Shown: positions 10,791 to 20,161 of the stretch, piece by piece | How the letters are laid out: each line of letters opens with the position of its first letter | How positions within the stretch are numbered: position 1 is the first letter of the stretch | Assembly: GCA_963806035.1 (NCBI GenBank) | Contig: CAWDWO010000014.1 | Location: 10,905-74,904, forward strand | Source of the DNA: Candidatus Krumholzibacteriota bacterium | GTDB taxonomy: Bacteria > Krumholzibacteriota > Krumholzibacteriia > JAJRXK01 | Reading direction: 5' to 3' | Length of the DNA stretch: 64,000 nt | Translations under genes and position numbers: made by a program | Notes under the pieces: model-generated | The model's input: the letters and a program-made list of their open reading frames with translations, nothing else | The model's database searches: none | Told to the model about the DNA's origin: nothing

Positions 10791-12704
10791 CTACCGAAGC
10801 AGCAACAACTTGCGGGTTTCGCGACGTGGACCGCTCTCGAGTCGCGCGAAGTAGGTCCCCGAGCTCAAGCCTCTGGTATTGATGCGCAGGGTATGCGGGC
10901 CCGCCGCGAAGCTCTGGTCGACCGCCTTCAACACGCGGCGCCCGGAGACAGTGTAGACGTTCAGGCGCACATGGGTTGCTTCGGCCAGCTCGAGCTGGAA
11001 GAACACTTCGCTGCCGGCCGGATTGGGTGAAGCGTTCGAGAAGTAGAAGCGGCTGCTCCTTACTTCAGGCGCGGCCACCGCCAGACACGCGTCGATCGAA
11101 CACGTCGCGGTCGACCCTACGGAGTGGCTTCCGTCGTCCGGAGTCACCCCGGAGAGCGCCTCGTACACGTTTCCATCGGCGCCCGCGGTGCCGTCGTTTC
11201 CATCGCGAAGAGCCATCGGCGCCAAGGGCGCGGAGAGTCCTCCGGCCCCACCGTTGCCCGCGTTTCCTCCGGAGTAGATGGTGTTGCTCGTGATGATGAG
11301 CGAGTTGTCGTGGTAAATTCCGCAGGAGACACCGCCGGCTCCGCCGCCTCCACCACCGCCATGGCCACCGTGAGCGCCGTTTCCGCCATCGCCGCCCGAC
11401 TGCGAATCGCCAACCGGGGCGCCACCAGGTCCGCCGAGTCCGCCCTCTTGGCCCTGGCCTCCTTCTCCGCCACTTCCTCCGTCTCCACCATTTCCTCGGG
11501 TGATGACGCAGTCTTGAAGCTCGACTCCGGAGTCGATGGCGAAGAGGCCGAAGCTGCTACCGCCGCCACCCCCTCCATTGGCTGCGCCAGGCGCGCGCTC
11601 ACCACCAGCCGCGCCGCCACCGCCTCCAGCTCCGTATGAATCGGTACCCGCATCGCAGCCACCGCTGCCGCCTCCTCCGCCTCCACCACCGCCGTGCTGT
11701 CCCAAACCACCGCCCGTTCCGGCATGGGAGAGCCAGTCATCAATCACCAGGGCACCGCCGGTCCCACCAGCGCCCGCAGTGCCATTGACGACTTGGCCGT
11801 TCAGTCCGTCGTTGCCCACATTGCACGGCGATCCCCCAGCTCCCCCTTTCCCGAAGATGAGCGAGTTGACAAAGGCATCGGAGCCGTAATCGCCTACGGT
11901 CGCATCGCAGTTGTCACACGAGCAGACGCTGAAAATGCAGTTGCAACTTGTATCCATCTCTCCACCGTTACCGCCGTTGCCCCCGGCGGCCGCAACGGCC
12001 GCCCCATTAGTTCCCGCAGCACCTCCTTCGCCGTGACTGGTATTGTCACACGACGAGGCATACTCGGCAGCGGAACCACCGGCGGATCCATTCATCCCAG
12101 ATGTCGCGGTGAGCGTGGAAGCATCGGCTCCATTTGAGCCATTCGCTCCGTTCGCCCCATTCCCGGCGTGGATCTCCAGGTTCTCGAGCAGCAGGCTGGC
12201 GTCAACGGCGTGTACGACGTACGCATTCTTGCCCGTGGTCGAAATGAAGCCCGTTGCATCCGGCCCGTTCAACACCAGGTTTGACAGACGGGTGGTTTGC
12301 GTAATGCCATGCGCCCGAACGGTGAGATACTTGTTGCCGCTGCCGGCATCGAGTCCACCGCTCACTTCCACCCTATGGGAAGGATCGGAGTGGTCGCCGG
12401 CGGCCCACGAGGAGTCGTAGCCACCGATCACGTCGACTCCATCCGCCAGCACGAGCACCTCGGGATACACTCCCGCCTGCACGAACACGCACGAAAACCC
12501 TTCGACCTGGGCGCGAGCGATTCCGTTGGAAATGGTGGCGCAAGGATCGTTCGGGCTCAGACCACAACCCGCCGCATCGTTACCTCCCGGCGCGACAAGG
12601 ATTCCACAGTCGCCTTGAGCCCATACCGGCGTGTACATGAAGCTTACGAGGAAGAGAATCAAAAGGAAGGGAAGGACGGGCGCGCTTAGCTTACGGCAAT
12701 TCAC
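10791..12704 (-). CDS. Secreted glycine-rich (PGRS-like) protein with DUF1565-like N-terminus and T9SS-CTD-like C-terminus
   Basis: VAPGGND...PCATI...GVYPE; long GGxG and poly-Gly tracts with Cys; PNPA...LSSGTYFARL...RKLLLLR. Confidence 0.8.
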   Translation of the reverse strand: MNCRKLSAPVLPFLLILFLVSFMYTPVWAQGDCGILVAPGGNDAAGCGLSPNDPCATISNGIARAQVEGFSCVFVQAGVYPEVLVLADGVDVIGGYDSSWAAGDHSDPSHRVEVSGGLDAGSGNKYLTVRAHGITQTTRLSNLVLNGPDATGFISTTGKNAYVVHAVDASLLLENLEIHAGNGANGANGSNGADASTLTATSGMNGSAGGSAAEYASSCDNTSHGEGGAAGTNGAAVAAAGGNGGNGGEMDTSCNCIFSVCSCDNCDATVGDYGSDAFVNSLIFGKGGAGGSPCNVGNDGLNGQVVNGTAGAGGTGGALVIDDWLSHAGTGGGLGQHGGGGGGGGGSGGCDAGTDSYGAGGGGGAAGGERAPGAANGGGGGGSSFGLFAIDSGVELQDCVITRGNGGDGGSGGEGGQGQEGGLGGPGGAPVGDSQSGGDGGNGAHGGHGGGGGGGAGGVSCGIYHDNSLIITSNTIYSGGNAGNGGAGGLSAPLAPMALRDGNDGTAGADGNVYEALSGVTPDDGSHSVGSTATCSIDACLAVAAPEVRSSRFYFSNASPNPAGSEVFFQLELAEATHVRLNVYTVSGRRVLKAVDQSFAAGPHTLRINTRGLSSGTYFARLESGPRRETRKLLLLR

Positions 12705-12903
12705 AACCTAGTTCTCCTATGGAGGGAATGGGACCACAAGGAGCATAGCAGAAATTCACTCCGGTGGGATTTCATGTCCTTTCATTGACCAACTTTCCCA
12801 CAGCAAAAGAAATCGCATGGAGCAGGAGTTGACGGGTGTTAGGATGGGCGCCAACGGTTCCATCGGTCCCCCCGATGATTATCCCAATGAGGAGGCTTCA
12901 GAT

Positions 12904-13383
12904 ATGTCCCGCATTCTCGTTACGCTCACTCTCGTTCTCTTGCTCATTGCAAGCGTCAGCGTCGCCGGCGACAACGCCAAGACGACGGAGCTGGGCTGGT
13001 TCGACATGCAGCACTGTGACATGTGCAAGAACATGTCGCCCGAACTGATGTCCAGCATGAGCTGGGCCCAGTATCCCATCGACGATGGCGTCCTTTCCGT
13101 GACGACCGTCAAGGAGAGCGCACTTCCCGCCTACCAGAAGGCCCACATGGACATGGCGGCTTGCCAGAAGAAGATCCAGGCTGGTGAAGCCGTAACACTG
13201 TGCGGCAGCTGTACCGCGCTCACCAACTGTATGATGAAGGGTGCACACTACGAAGACGTTCAAACGAAGAACGGCGATATCGCGGTCATCACCTCCGACG
13301 ATCCGAAGGTCGTCGCCGAGCTCCACGCCTGGGCCGAGAAGAACAAGGCCGAAATGGCGAAGATGATGAAGAAGGAAGGCTGA
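12904..13383 (+). CDS. Secreted Cys/Met-rich hypothetical protein
   Basis: GAGGAGG RBS before ATG 12904, signal peptide, HCDMC and CGSC motifs, strong GC3 codon bias. Confidence 0.75.
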   Translation: MSRILVTLTLVLLLIASVSVAGDNAKTTELGWFDMQHCDMCKNMSPELMSSMSWAQYPIDDGVLSVTTVKESALPAYQKAHMDMAACQKKIQAGEAVTLCGSCTALTNCMMKGAHYEDVQTKNGDIAVITSDDPKVVAELHAWAEKNKAEMAKMMKKEG

Positions 13384-13438
13384 GTCCCTCGCCACAGGCC
13401 GAATGACAACAGCGCCCGGTGGAGTCACCGGGCGCTTG
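13383..13438 (+). repeat. 56-bp direct repeat copy 1, containing a terminator-like hairpin
   Basis: AGTCCCTCGCCACAGGCCGAATGACAAC-AGCGCCCGGTG-gagt-CACCGGGCGCT-TG followed by CTTTTG; 52/56 identical to 16643-16698. Confidence 0.9.
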
Positions 13439-13536
13439 CTTTTGCTCCGCTCACGTTTCCTCAGAATGAACCCGATGAGTGCTGTGGACGAAGCACTTCC
13501 CGTGTGTCGGATTGGTCCCGCGATTGACTCGGAAGC

Positions 13537-16371
13537 CTACTTGAGCACTGTAACTCGCCGAGTTACCAAGGCGCCTCCGGCTCGCAGGCGCAGAAAATAG
13601 ACTCCTGCGGGTACGCGCTTCTCGTTCCCATCGCGTCCGTCCCAGCTCAGGACCTGGAGACTCGATGGATAGTCACCGCGAGCGAGTTCGCGGACGGCGC
13701 GTCCACGCACGTCGTAGACCGTCAAACTCGCTTCCGCGTCCTTGGGCAGCCGGAACTCCACGTGAGTGCTGCCGTTCGTCGGTGTTGGCCACACTGCCAG
13801 AGACAAACCCCCGACCCCACCGGCAGGTACGGCCGTCGTGCCATTCACCGTAAGTTGCCCGGATGCACTGGTTACGTTTCCACAGGTGTTTGTGACCACA
13901 CAGTCATAGGCACCGCTATCGGTTACGGCGACATTCTGCACGACCAGGTTCGCCGTATGCGACCCCGCGATCACCGAACCCTGTGGCGTCATCCCATCGC
14001 TCAAGGGTACGGCGTCCTTGCGCCATTCGTAGGAAAGACCGTCGTAACCGCTGGCCGGTGTCACCGAGAAATTCGCGTCCCCTCCCGGTGTCAGCGTTTG
14101 CGAACCCGGTTGTGAATAAAGCCAGGGCGTTCCGGTCGAGAGAAAGCGGGCCAGCCCTATGGTCTGCTCGGACCCAGCTTGTGTGATCTCACCGCCAGCC
14201 AGCATCTCGCCGTTGAAAGCGGCTAATGCGAAGACGGTGCCGCTCGTTCCACCGCCGGCATCGCTCCAATCCACACCATCCCAACGCGCCACGTTGTAGG
14301 CGTAAGCACCATCGGCCAGGGTGAAGTCACCGGCCGCATACAGATACCCGCCGTCCGCCTTCAGTGCCCACACTGTTCCGTTGACTCCGCCCCCGAGTGA
14401 ACCACCGACCTCGACCCAACCCGAAGTGGTATACTTCGCGATGTGATTGAGGGGCGTCGAGCCGGACGCGGTGAAAGCACCTGCCGCGTAGGTCGCGCCG
14501 TTGTATCGTTCAACCGCATTGACGGACCCGTTGAAGCCATCGCCCATTGGCTGCCAGGGTGTCACGGTTGCGAAGAGGCTATTCTCGGTCCAGTAGGCGA
14601 TCCGGTTTGCGGAAGTTCCTTCCGCAGTAGTGAAGTCGCCTCCAGCAACCAGAATGTAGTTCTTCACCGAGTTCACATAGAAGGCTTTGAGGGCTCGCAC
14701 GTTCCCGTTCATACCCAGACTCATGGGATCCCACGAGGTGCCGTTCCAGCGAGCGACACGGCTTGTTGCAGTCGTACCGCTGGCGGTGAATGTCCCACCA
14801 GCTACGACCTGACCCCGGTAGTCCTCCAGGGCAAGAACCGCATTGTTGAAGCCGTCCCCCATCGCGGACCAACTGTTGAACGGATAGGTTGGAGACTCCG
14901 TCCACTGCGCCACGCGGTTCACTGTAGTCCCGCCAGCGTGCGTGAACGAACCGCCGACCGCAAGATGCGTAGTCGTGATGGGCGTTTGGGTCGCATAGCC
15001 GACGAGCGCGGAGGCCGGTGCATCGAGGCCGGAACCGAGCTTCGCGAAGTTGGCTCCATCCCAGGAAAGAATGTGGTAGGCCTGACCGGCCGAAGTGGGC
15101 TGAGAGAAGTTGCCACCGACCGCGACCTTCCCGCCGTAGGTCGCAAGAGCATTGACGCGCTGGGTGACGTGAGGACTGGCCCACGACTGGCCGTCCCAGC
15201 GTGTGAAGTTGGGGGCCGGGCTACCGTTTCCATTCTGATCGAATGATCCGCCGGCAAAGAGCGCACCCTGGTATGCGCAGAGTGCCCATACGATGGTCTG
15301 GTAGGAGTTGTCGTGTTGGGGGAAACCAATGCCCGCGCCCAGAGACTGCCAGGCGGATCCGTTCCATGCAGCGACACGCAGGCCGGGCGCGATGAATCCG
15401 CCTGCAGCGAGAAGTTGCCCGTTGTAATGCGTGAGTACCGCTATTATATCGAGATCAGTCGTCAACTCAGGGAAAGAACTCCAGTCCGAATTGACCAAGC
15501 GCTCCACCCAACCTCGCGTCGCGATGCAGAGATCTCCCTCGTGCACCGTGATGCTGTTGACCGGCTCGCGGGGTGCTGTGTAGTCCCCATAATGTGGACA
15601 GGCGTACCAGTTGGTGCCGTCCCAGCTCGCAAACCACTGCGTGGGAACCCCTCCAGCCGAGCCGGTATAGCCCCCCACGTAAAGGCGTTCGGGCGCATCC
15701 GAAAAGATGCAGTAGACATCTCCGCTGATTCCAGAACTCAGATTGTGCCACACCGTTCCGTCCCAGCTCGCGATGTCGTTCTGCGGATCACTGAAGGTCC
15801 CGGCTGCGATCAATTGCCCGTTCCATACGCCGAGGGCTCGAACGTCGTCGTCTCCGGTATTCTGTCCGAATAACTGACCCAGCTGTTGCCAAGACGTACC
15901 ATTCCAAGCCGCCACGTGTCCCGTGTTGACACCGTCGGCCTGAGTGAAGCGTCCCCCGGCGATGAGCTGTCCGTTGTACACGGTCAAGGCAACAACCGTG
16001 CTGTCCATTCCATCACCAAAGCTACGCCACACCAGACCATCCCACGCCGCAATGTCGTGAGCGACGATGCCGCCCGCCGAATCGAAATTTCCTCCAAAGA
16101 CGAGCTGTGGCGCGGCCGGCCCCGCACCATCGGGGTCCCACACTGCAAGTGCGTAGACGGGTCCATCCGCTCCCAGGATGGAGGGGTCCAGCGAATCGGC
16201 GATCCACTTCGTGCACTGCGCCACAGCTAAGGATGTCGTAGTGAAGAGGAACAAGATCGCAACGATACCGGCAGAGCATGCAAGGTTGCGGTAGCGAGGT
16301 ATGAATAGGAATCGACTGAAACGACAAAACACGCGCTGCCTCCCCGAAGGCAAAAACGGAAACACAGGCAT
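13537..16371 (-). CDS. Secreted beta-propeller repeat protein with Ig-like and FlgD-Ig C-terminal domains
   Basis: Repeats 'V.AL..Y.G.L.AGG.F..AGG....IA.WDG..W..LG.G'; Ig motif YEWRKD...DSGAYDCVV; C-terminus RRVTVLK; start uncertain (ORF open to 16515). Confidence 0.85.
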   Translation of the reverse strand: MPVFPFLPSGRQRVFCRFSRFLFIPRYRNLACSAGIVAILFLFTTTSLAVAQCTKWIADSLDPSILGADGPVYALAVWDPDGAGPAAPQLVFGGNFDSAGGIVAHDIAAWDGLVWRSFGDGMDSTVVALTVYNGQLIAGGRFTQADGVNTGHVAAWNGTSWQQLGQLFGQNTGDDDVRALGVWNGQLIAAGTFSDPQNDIASWDGTVWHNLSSGISGDVYCIFSDAPERLYVGGYTGSAGGVPTQWFASWDGTNWYACPHYGDYTAPREPVNSITVHEGDLCIATRGWVERLVNSDWSSFPELTTDLDIIAVLTHYNGQLLAAGGFIAPGLRVAAWNGSAWQSLGAGIGFPQHDNSYQTIVWALCAYQGALFAGGSFDQNGNGSPAPNFTRWDGQSWASPHVTQRVNALATYGGKVAVGGNFSQPTSAGQAYHILSWDGANFAKLGSGLDAPASALVGYATQTPITTTHLAVGGSFTHAGGTTVNRVAQWTESPTYPFNSWSAMGDGFNNAVLALEDYRGQVVAGGTFTASGTTATSRVARWNGTSWDPMSLGMNGNVRALKAFYVNSVKNYILVAGGDFTTAEGTSANRIAYWTENSLFATVTPWQPMGDGFNGSVNAVERYNGATYAAGAFTASGSTPLNHIAKYTTSGWVEVGGSLGGGVNGTVWALKADGGYLYAAGDFTLADGAYAYNVARWDGVDWSDAGGGTSGTVFALAAFNGEMLAGGEITQAGSEQTIGLARFLSTGTPWLYSQPGSQTLTPGGDANFSVTPASGYDGLSYEWRKDAVPLSDGMTPQGSVIAGSHTANLVVQNVAVTDSGAYDCVVTNTCGNVTSASGQLTVNGTTAVPAGGVGGLSLAVWPTPTNGSTHVEFRLPKDAEASLTVYDVRGRAVRELARGDYPSSLQVLSWDGRDGNEKRVPAGVYFLRLRAGGALVTRRVTVLK

Positions 16372-16642
16372 GTCGGTCGGATCCACCTCGGGTCCCGTTC
16401 CGTCCGTTGCGCCGACAGGGGTACAAGAACCCTGAGATGTCAGGCTTGGCGGGCAGGAGCGGCGGGTCGGGCCGCCCGAGCAGGCGATGAAGTAGACATA
16501 ATCGTACGGGCGCACAATTCACGCAGCAACGGGAAACACTTCAACATAATCCAGTCCGATATTCCTGATCTGCGTTGATGAAGACCCCGGACGGATGGCA
16601 CCCAGGGCCCCAGCGAGTCTGGACCAAACAGCCCGCCGTCCA

Positions 16643-16698
16643 AGTCCCTCGCCACAGGCCGAATGACAACAGCGCCCGGTGATCCCACCGGGCGCTTG
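16643..16698 (+). repeat. 56-bp direct repeat copy 2, within a longer stem-loop at 16655-16712
   Basis: Identical to copy 1 except the 4-nt loop (atcc); pairing extends to CAGGCC...GGCCTG. Confidence 0.9.
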
Positions 16699-16777
16699 TC
16701 GTTTCTGGCCTGACCAAAGGCGGCCAAGGGTTCAGGGAAGTCCCACAGAGCCTCCCCGCCCCTAGGATCGTCTCCGA

Positions 16778-18748
16778 TTACTTCAGCAGAAGCATCCTGC
16801 GTGTCTGGACGAACTCTCCACTCTTGAGTTGATAGAAATAGACCCCAGAAGCAACCTGTGAGCCTTGCTTGTCGCATCCGTTCCATTGGCAACGGTGCTT
16901 GCCGGCCGTGAGATCTTCATTCACCAAGGTGGCGACCATTCGCCCGGCTCTGTCGTAGATCTTCAAGGAAGCAAATCCCGGCCTCTCCAAAGTGAAGTAG
17001 ATGGACGTGGAGGGATTGAAGGGATTCGGGAAATTCTGTCCCAGTGCGCTTGTCCTCGACAAGGACTGCGGTGCGTCCACTGCGATCGGACCATCCTTTA
17101 CGATGATCCCGGCGAAGCCCTTGTTGTTGCTGGCAACTTGGAGTGGGCTGTGAATTTCCGCCGCACCGCGCGGATCGATCACTGCGTAGATCCAGCTGTT
17201 GTTTGGTAGCGAACCGGAGAGTCCGTAGCCCACGACCCATTCCATCGTCACAGTTTGGTCGTCCCGCGGAGGAATGCCGCTGTCGGCGGTGGTCACAAAG
17301 CTCTGCCCGGCCGTTCCCACCAGAGGCTGGAAGCCCACGTTGTCCAGGATGAAGTCGCCGTTTTCATCGCTTCCCCAGCGGCCGCCATCCGGATCGCCGA
17401 GGTAGAACCTCACGTCCACTGGGCCCTCAAGCCGCATGAAGCTGTAATTGTGGACCCTGACGCTCAATTTCACCGTGTCGCCCACCTTGACCGAATCGGG
17501 CTCGATCGTGATGTCGGGGCTCCAGAACTCCTTCTCGGGGTAGGTGTAGTCCCAGGCCCATTCCTCGTGGAACATCCGGGGCAAGCGCAGAGCCGGGTCG
17601 GGAAGATGAGAGTAGTAGGCATCCCAGAAATTCGGATTCTGTGGATCACCCCAACTGGGAATCACCGCGTAATCCAGCACGATGGCGCCACTCTTTGCCC
17701 GGAAGATGTAGGGCTGAATGCTGTAGCTTCCATCGGTGTTGGCCAAACCACCCAACCCGACCTCGAAGCGCAGTTGCCCCCCAACCTTGGTCTCTCGGGT
17801 ACTGACCTGGCTGTGATCATAACTCGCCTCGACCTCCACCTTGGTCGTGGCCGAGACCACCTCGAGATCCGCCCCCACTTCCGCAGATCCCTTGACGTTG
17901 AAGCCAAATTCCCACTCTTGCTTGAGGCTCTTCTCGGTGAGCGTGTCGTAGGTGACTGTGAGGACGGGTGCCATATCCATCTTCGAGACACCATTGACCG
18001 GCGCCGCGAGCCACATCTCCTCGATCCTGGAATCCGAAGCAGGATCCGCGAGCTCGCGATAGGAAAGAACGTTGCCCGGCGAGCTCTCCACCGGATACTC
18101 GACATTGCTCGGCCAATCCTTGGAAGATTTCCAACTCGCCACCGGGTCTCCCATGGTTTGGAGCACGAGGTAGTGCCCCTTGACGTCGGGGCCGTCCCCG
18201 TCGCGCCGGATGAGAGGATATTCCCATGCCTGGAATCGTTGCTCGGTAATGAGCACCTGGTCCCCGCCGTTGGCTCTCGTGTCCTTTCCGATCGTCACTT
18301 CCTGCGACACGCTGGTCCGGCCTTCTCTCTCGAAGTGGGCGCCAACCTTGGCCGTCAGTGAGACTTCGGCCTTTGCGGTGAGAAATTCGTACTTGCCTCC
18401 CACGGTCCGTGTGAGAGTGGTGCTGGCGGCAAAGTCGTCCTTCGAGATGTACTCGAGGGTCTCTTCCGTCGAGCTCGTTTGTGTGTAGGTCGCGTAGAAA
18501 TCATCGCACTGGTATCCGAAAGCGTCCGGATAGCATCCGCACAGATCGAAACACTCGTCATCTCCCGATGAACCATCATGGAAGATGTCGAAGTGGATTG
18601 GCGGCTGCTTGAGGATCACCAAAGGCTGAGAGACGTTCGTCGCCTTCTTGGACGGGCCGGGAGGCCCCAGACGCAGACCATCCGCATCGAGGTCGCCACA
18701 GACCATCGCGACGTCTCCATTGGCCTTCTGAAGGGCGTCATTGACTGT
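16778..18748 (-). pseudogene. 5'-truncated gene: C-terminal part of a large secreted protein (Ser/Thr-rich beta strands, CARDB-like, FlgD-Ig)
   Basis: No signal peptide; coding-like frame (TVNDALQKANGDVAMVCGDLDADG) runs up to the IS-like end at 18749; intact NFPNPFNPST...RRMLLLK tail. Confidence 0.65.
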
Positions 18749-19017
18749 TGTCCCTCCTACAAACCTCGTCCGCCTTGTCCGTGTTAAGCTTACACCTTCT
18801 CACAGCACTTAGGATAGGCCATGCTCACGACACTTTTGCAATCACTGCTAGCCGGATTTCGCACGCACCAGTTCCTCGTCCTGGAGAACCTCGCCCTGCG
18901 TCATCAGGTCCAGGTCTGTAATCGCCGGTCCAATACTGCGGCGGGTGCCGGGTGAAAAGTGCGGCACCGTATCCCTTGATTTCACACTTTGGATGGGCCG
19001 GATTTGTCGGGTCCACA
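18749..19017 (+). mobile_element. Internally deleted IS remnant (integrase-core/rve transposase family)
   Basis: Imperfect terminal inverted repeats TGTCCCTCCTACAAACCTCGTCC and GGGCCGGATTTGTCGGGTCCACA; internal ORF 18821-18955 MLTTLLQSLLAGFRTHQFLVLENLALRHQVQV resembles the 'LENLALRHQL' N-terminus of these transposases. Confidence 0.7.
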
Positions 19018-19121
19018 GCTTTCGCGTAACTCACACAATTTCAACAACATCACTTTTTGCGTGGTCAAGATGGGGTTAGGATTGTCCATCGCACGCAATA
19101 GTGCTTACTCTGGGGGCGACA

Positions 19122-19814
19122 ATGAATGAGATTCTGGACAGCTATCCAAAAATCGCGGACATAATCTGGCATCATCGGGACCAGGCCTTCCTATATCGTG
19201 GAGTATCAGATTCCTGTTATGAACTCATTCCCAGCATTGGTCGCGACAACGTCCGTCGGCCTCCATCGAACGTCGTGGAGTGGGAACAAAGCGTATTTTC
19301 GGACTTTAAGCAAAAGGCACATGCATACGTTACACGGCTCCCTCGGAATGATTGGGAGTGGTTGGCGCTGGCACAGCACCATCATTTCGTAACGAGACTT
19401 CTGGATTGGACGCGGAACTTCTATGTCGCACTGTATTTCGCCTGCCAGAATCGAGAACGAGACGGAGCGGTTTACTACATCGATTCCCGGGAGTTTGGAC
19501 CTGCGACGACTGGTCAGGATGAGGTAAGCCCGTTTGAAATTGGGACCGACAGAATTTTCATGCCACCGAGCCTAAGTCCAAGGATTACCGCGCAACATGC
19601 TCTTTTCACATGTCATCGTCATCCAACCCAAGTTGTTGGAGAGGGGTTGCATGTGCATAAATGGTTAGTGCCTCAGCAGAAGAAACTCGAATACCAGTGG
19701 AGGCTCTTTCAGAGTGGCGTTTCGGCCTTTTCCTTGTTTCCTGGACTTGATGGTCTGGCAGAGGAATTCAATTGGATTCTGAGCGTGCCGCCCGTTTCTG
19801 AGGGCGGAGAGTGA
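19122..19814 (+). CDS. FRG-domain protein
   Basis: FLYRGVSD, LIPSIGR, WLALAQHH..TRLLDWT.N.YVALYFAC, RITAQ..LFT, SLFPGLDGLA; visibly lower GC than neighbours. Confidence 0.9.
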   Translation: MNEILDSYPKIADIIWHHRDQAFLYRGVSDSCYELIPSIGRDNVRRPPSNVVEWEQSVFSDFKQKAHAYVTRLPRNDWEWLALAQHHHFVTRLLDWTRNFYVALYFACQNRERDGAVYYIDSREFGPATTGQDEVSPFEIGTDRIFMPPSLSPRITAQHALFTCHRHPTQVVGEGLHVHKWLVPQQKKLEYQWRLFQSGVSAFSLFPGLDGLAEEFNWILSVPPVSEGGE

Positions 19815-20041
19815 GCCTTCAACAGATTGCATTTGGAAGCTCGCGCGCGTTAAGTTTTTCAGCCCCCAATGCAGAGGATCAGAGACTCCGAGACGCTCCC
19901 ACGAGATTTCGTAGCGTCACGATCGACCCCTTTCGTGACTCTCAGCAAAACAGAGACGCCGCGCTACGCAAGCCTTCGAAACATTCTCGAATGTGGCAAA
20001 CGAAAGGCCCGCCTCCGGCGAGGGAGAGAGCCTGCGTTAAG

Positions 20042-20071
20042 AAAACGAGGCCACCAGATTAGGCGGCCTCG
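20042..20071 (-). terminator. Rho-independent terminator-like hairpin
   Basis: Minus strand CGAGGCCGCC-TAATCT-GGTGGCCTCG-TTTT. Confidence 0.6.
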
Positions 20072-20076
20072 ATAAG

Positions 20077-20090
20077 TGGCTCCCCGGGCG
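20077..20090 (-). other. tRNA 3'-end-like fragment, possible att remnant
   Basis: Minus strand reads ...CCCGGGGAGCCA followed by a terminator; no T-arm or cloverleaf. Confidence 0.35.
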
Positions 20091-20161
20091 GTACGCTCTG
20101 CGTGAACACAATGCGAGAGCCCCGGACCAGACCAAGCCCGGGGCCCTCACATGCGATGGAA

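Noticed and set aside
16440..16578. Plus-strand gene remnant (…AGDEVDIIVRAHNSRSNGKHFNIIQSDIPDLR*) before repeat copy 2
   Set aside because: No start or RBS and no recognisable family; cannot be supported from sequence alone
19815..19856. Integron attC site after the FRG gene
   Set aside because: AAC...GTT span is too short, pairing is poor and there is no intI
20077..20150. Complete tRNA gene
   Set aside because: Only an acceptor-end-like 12-14 nt; no TTCGA T-loop or cloverleaf
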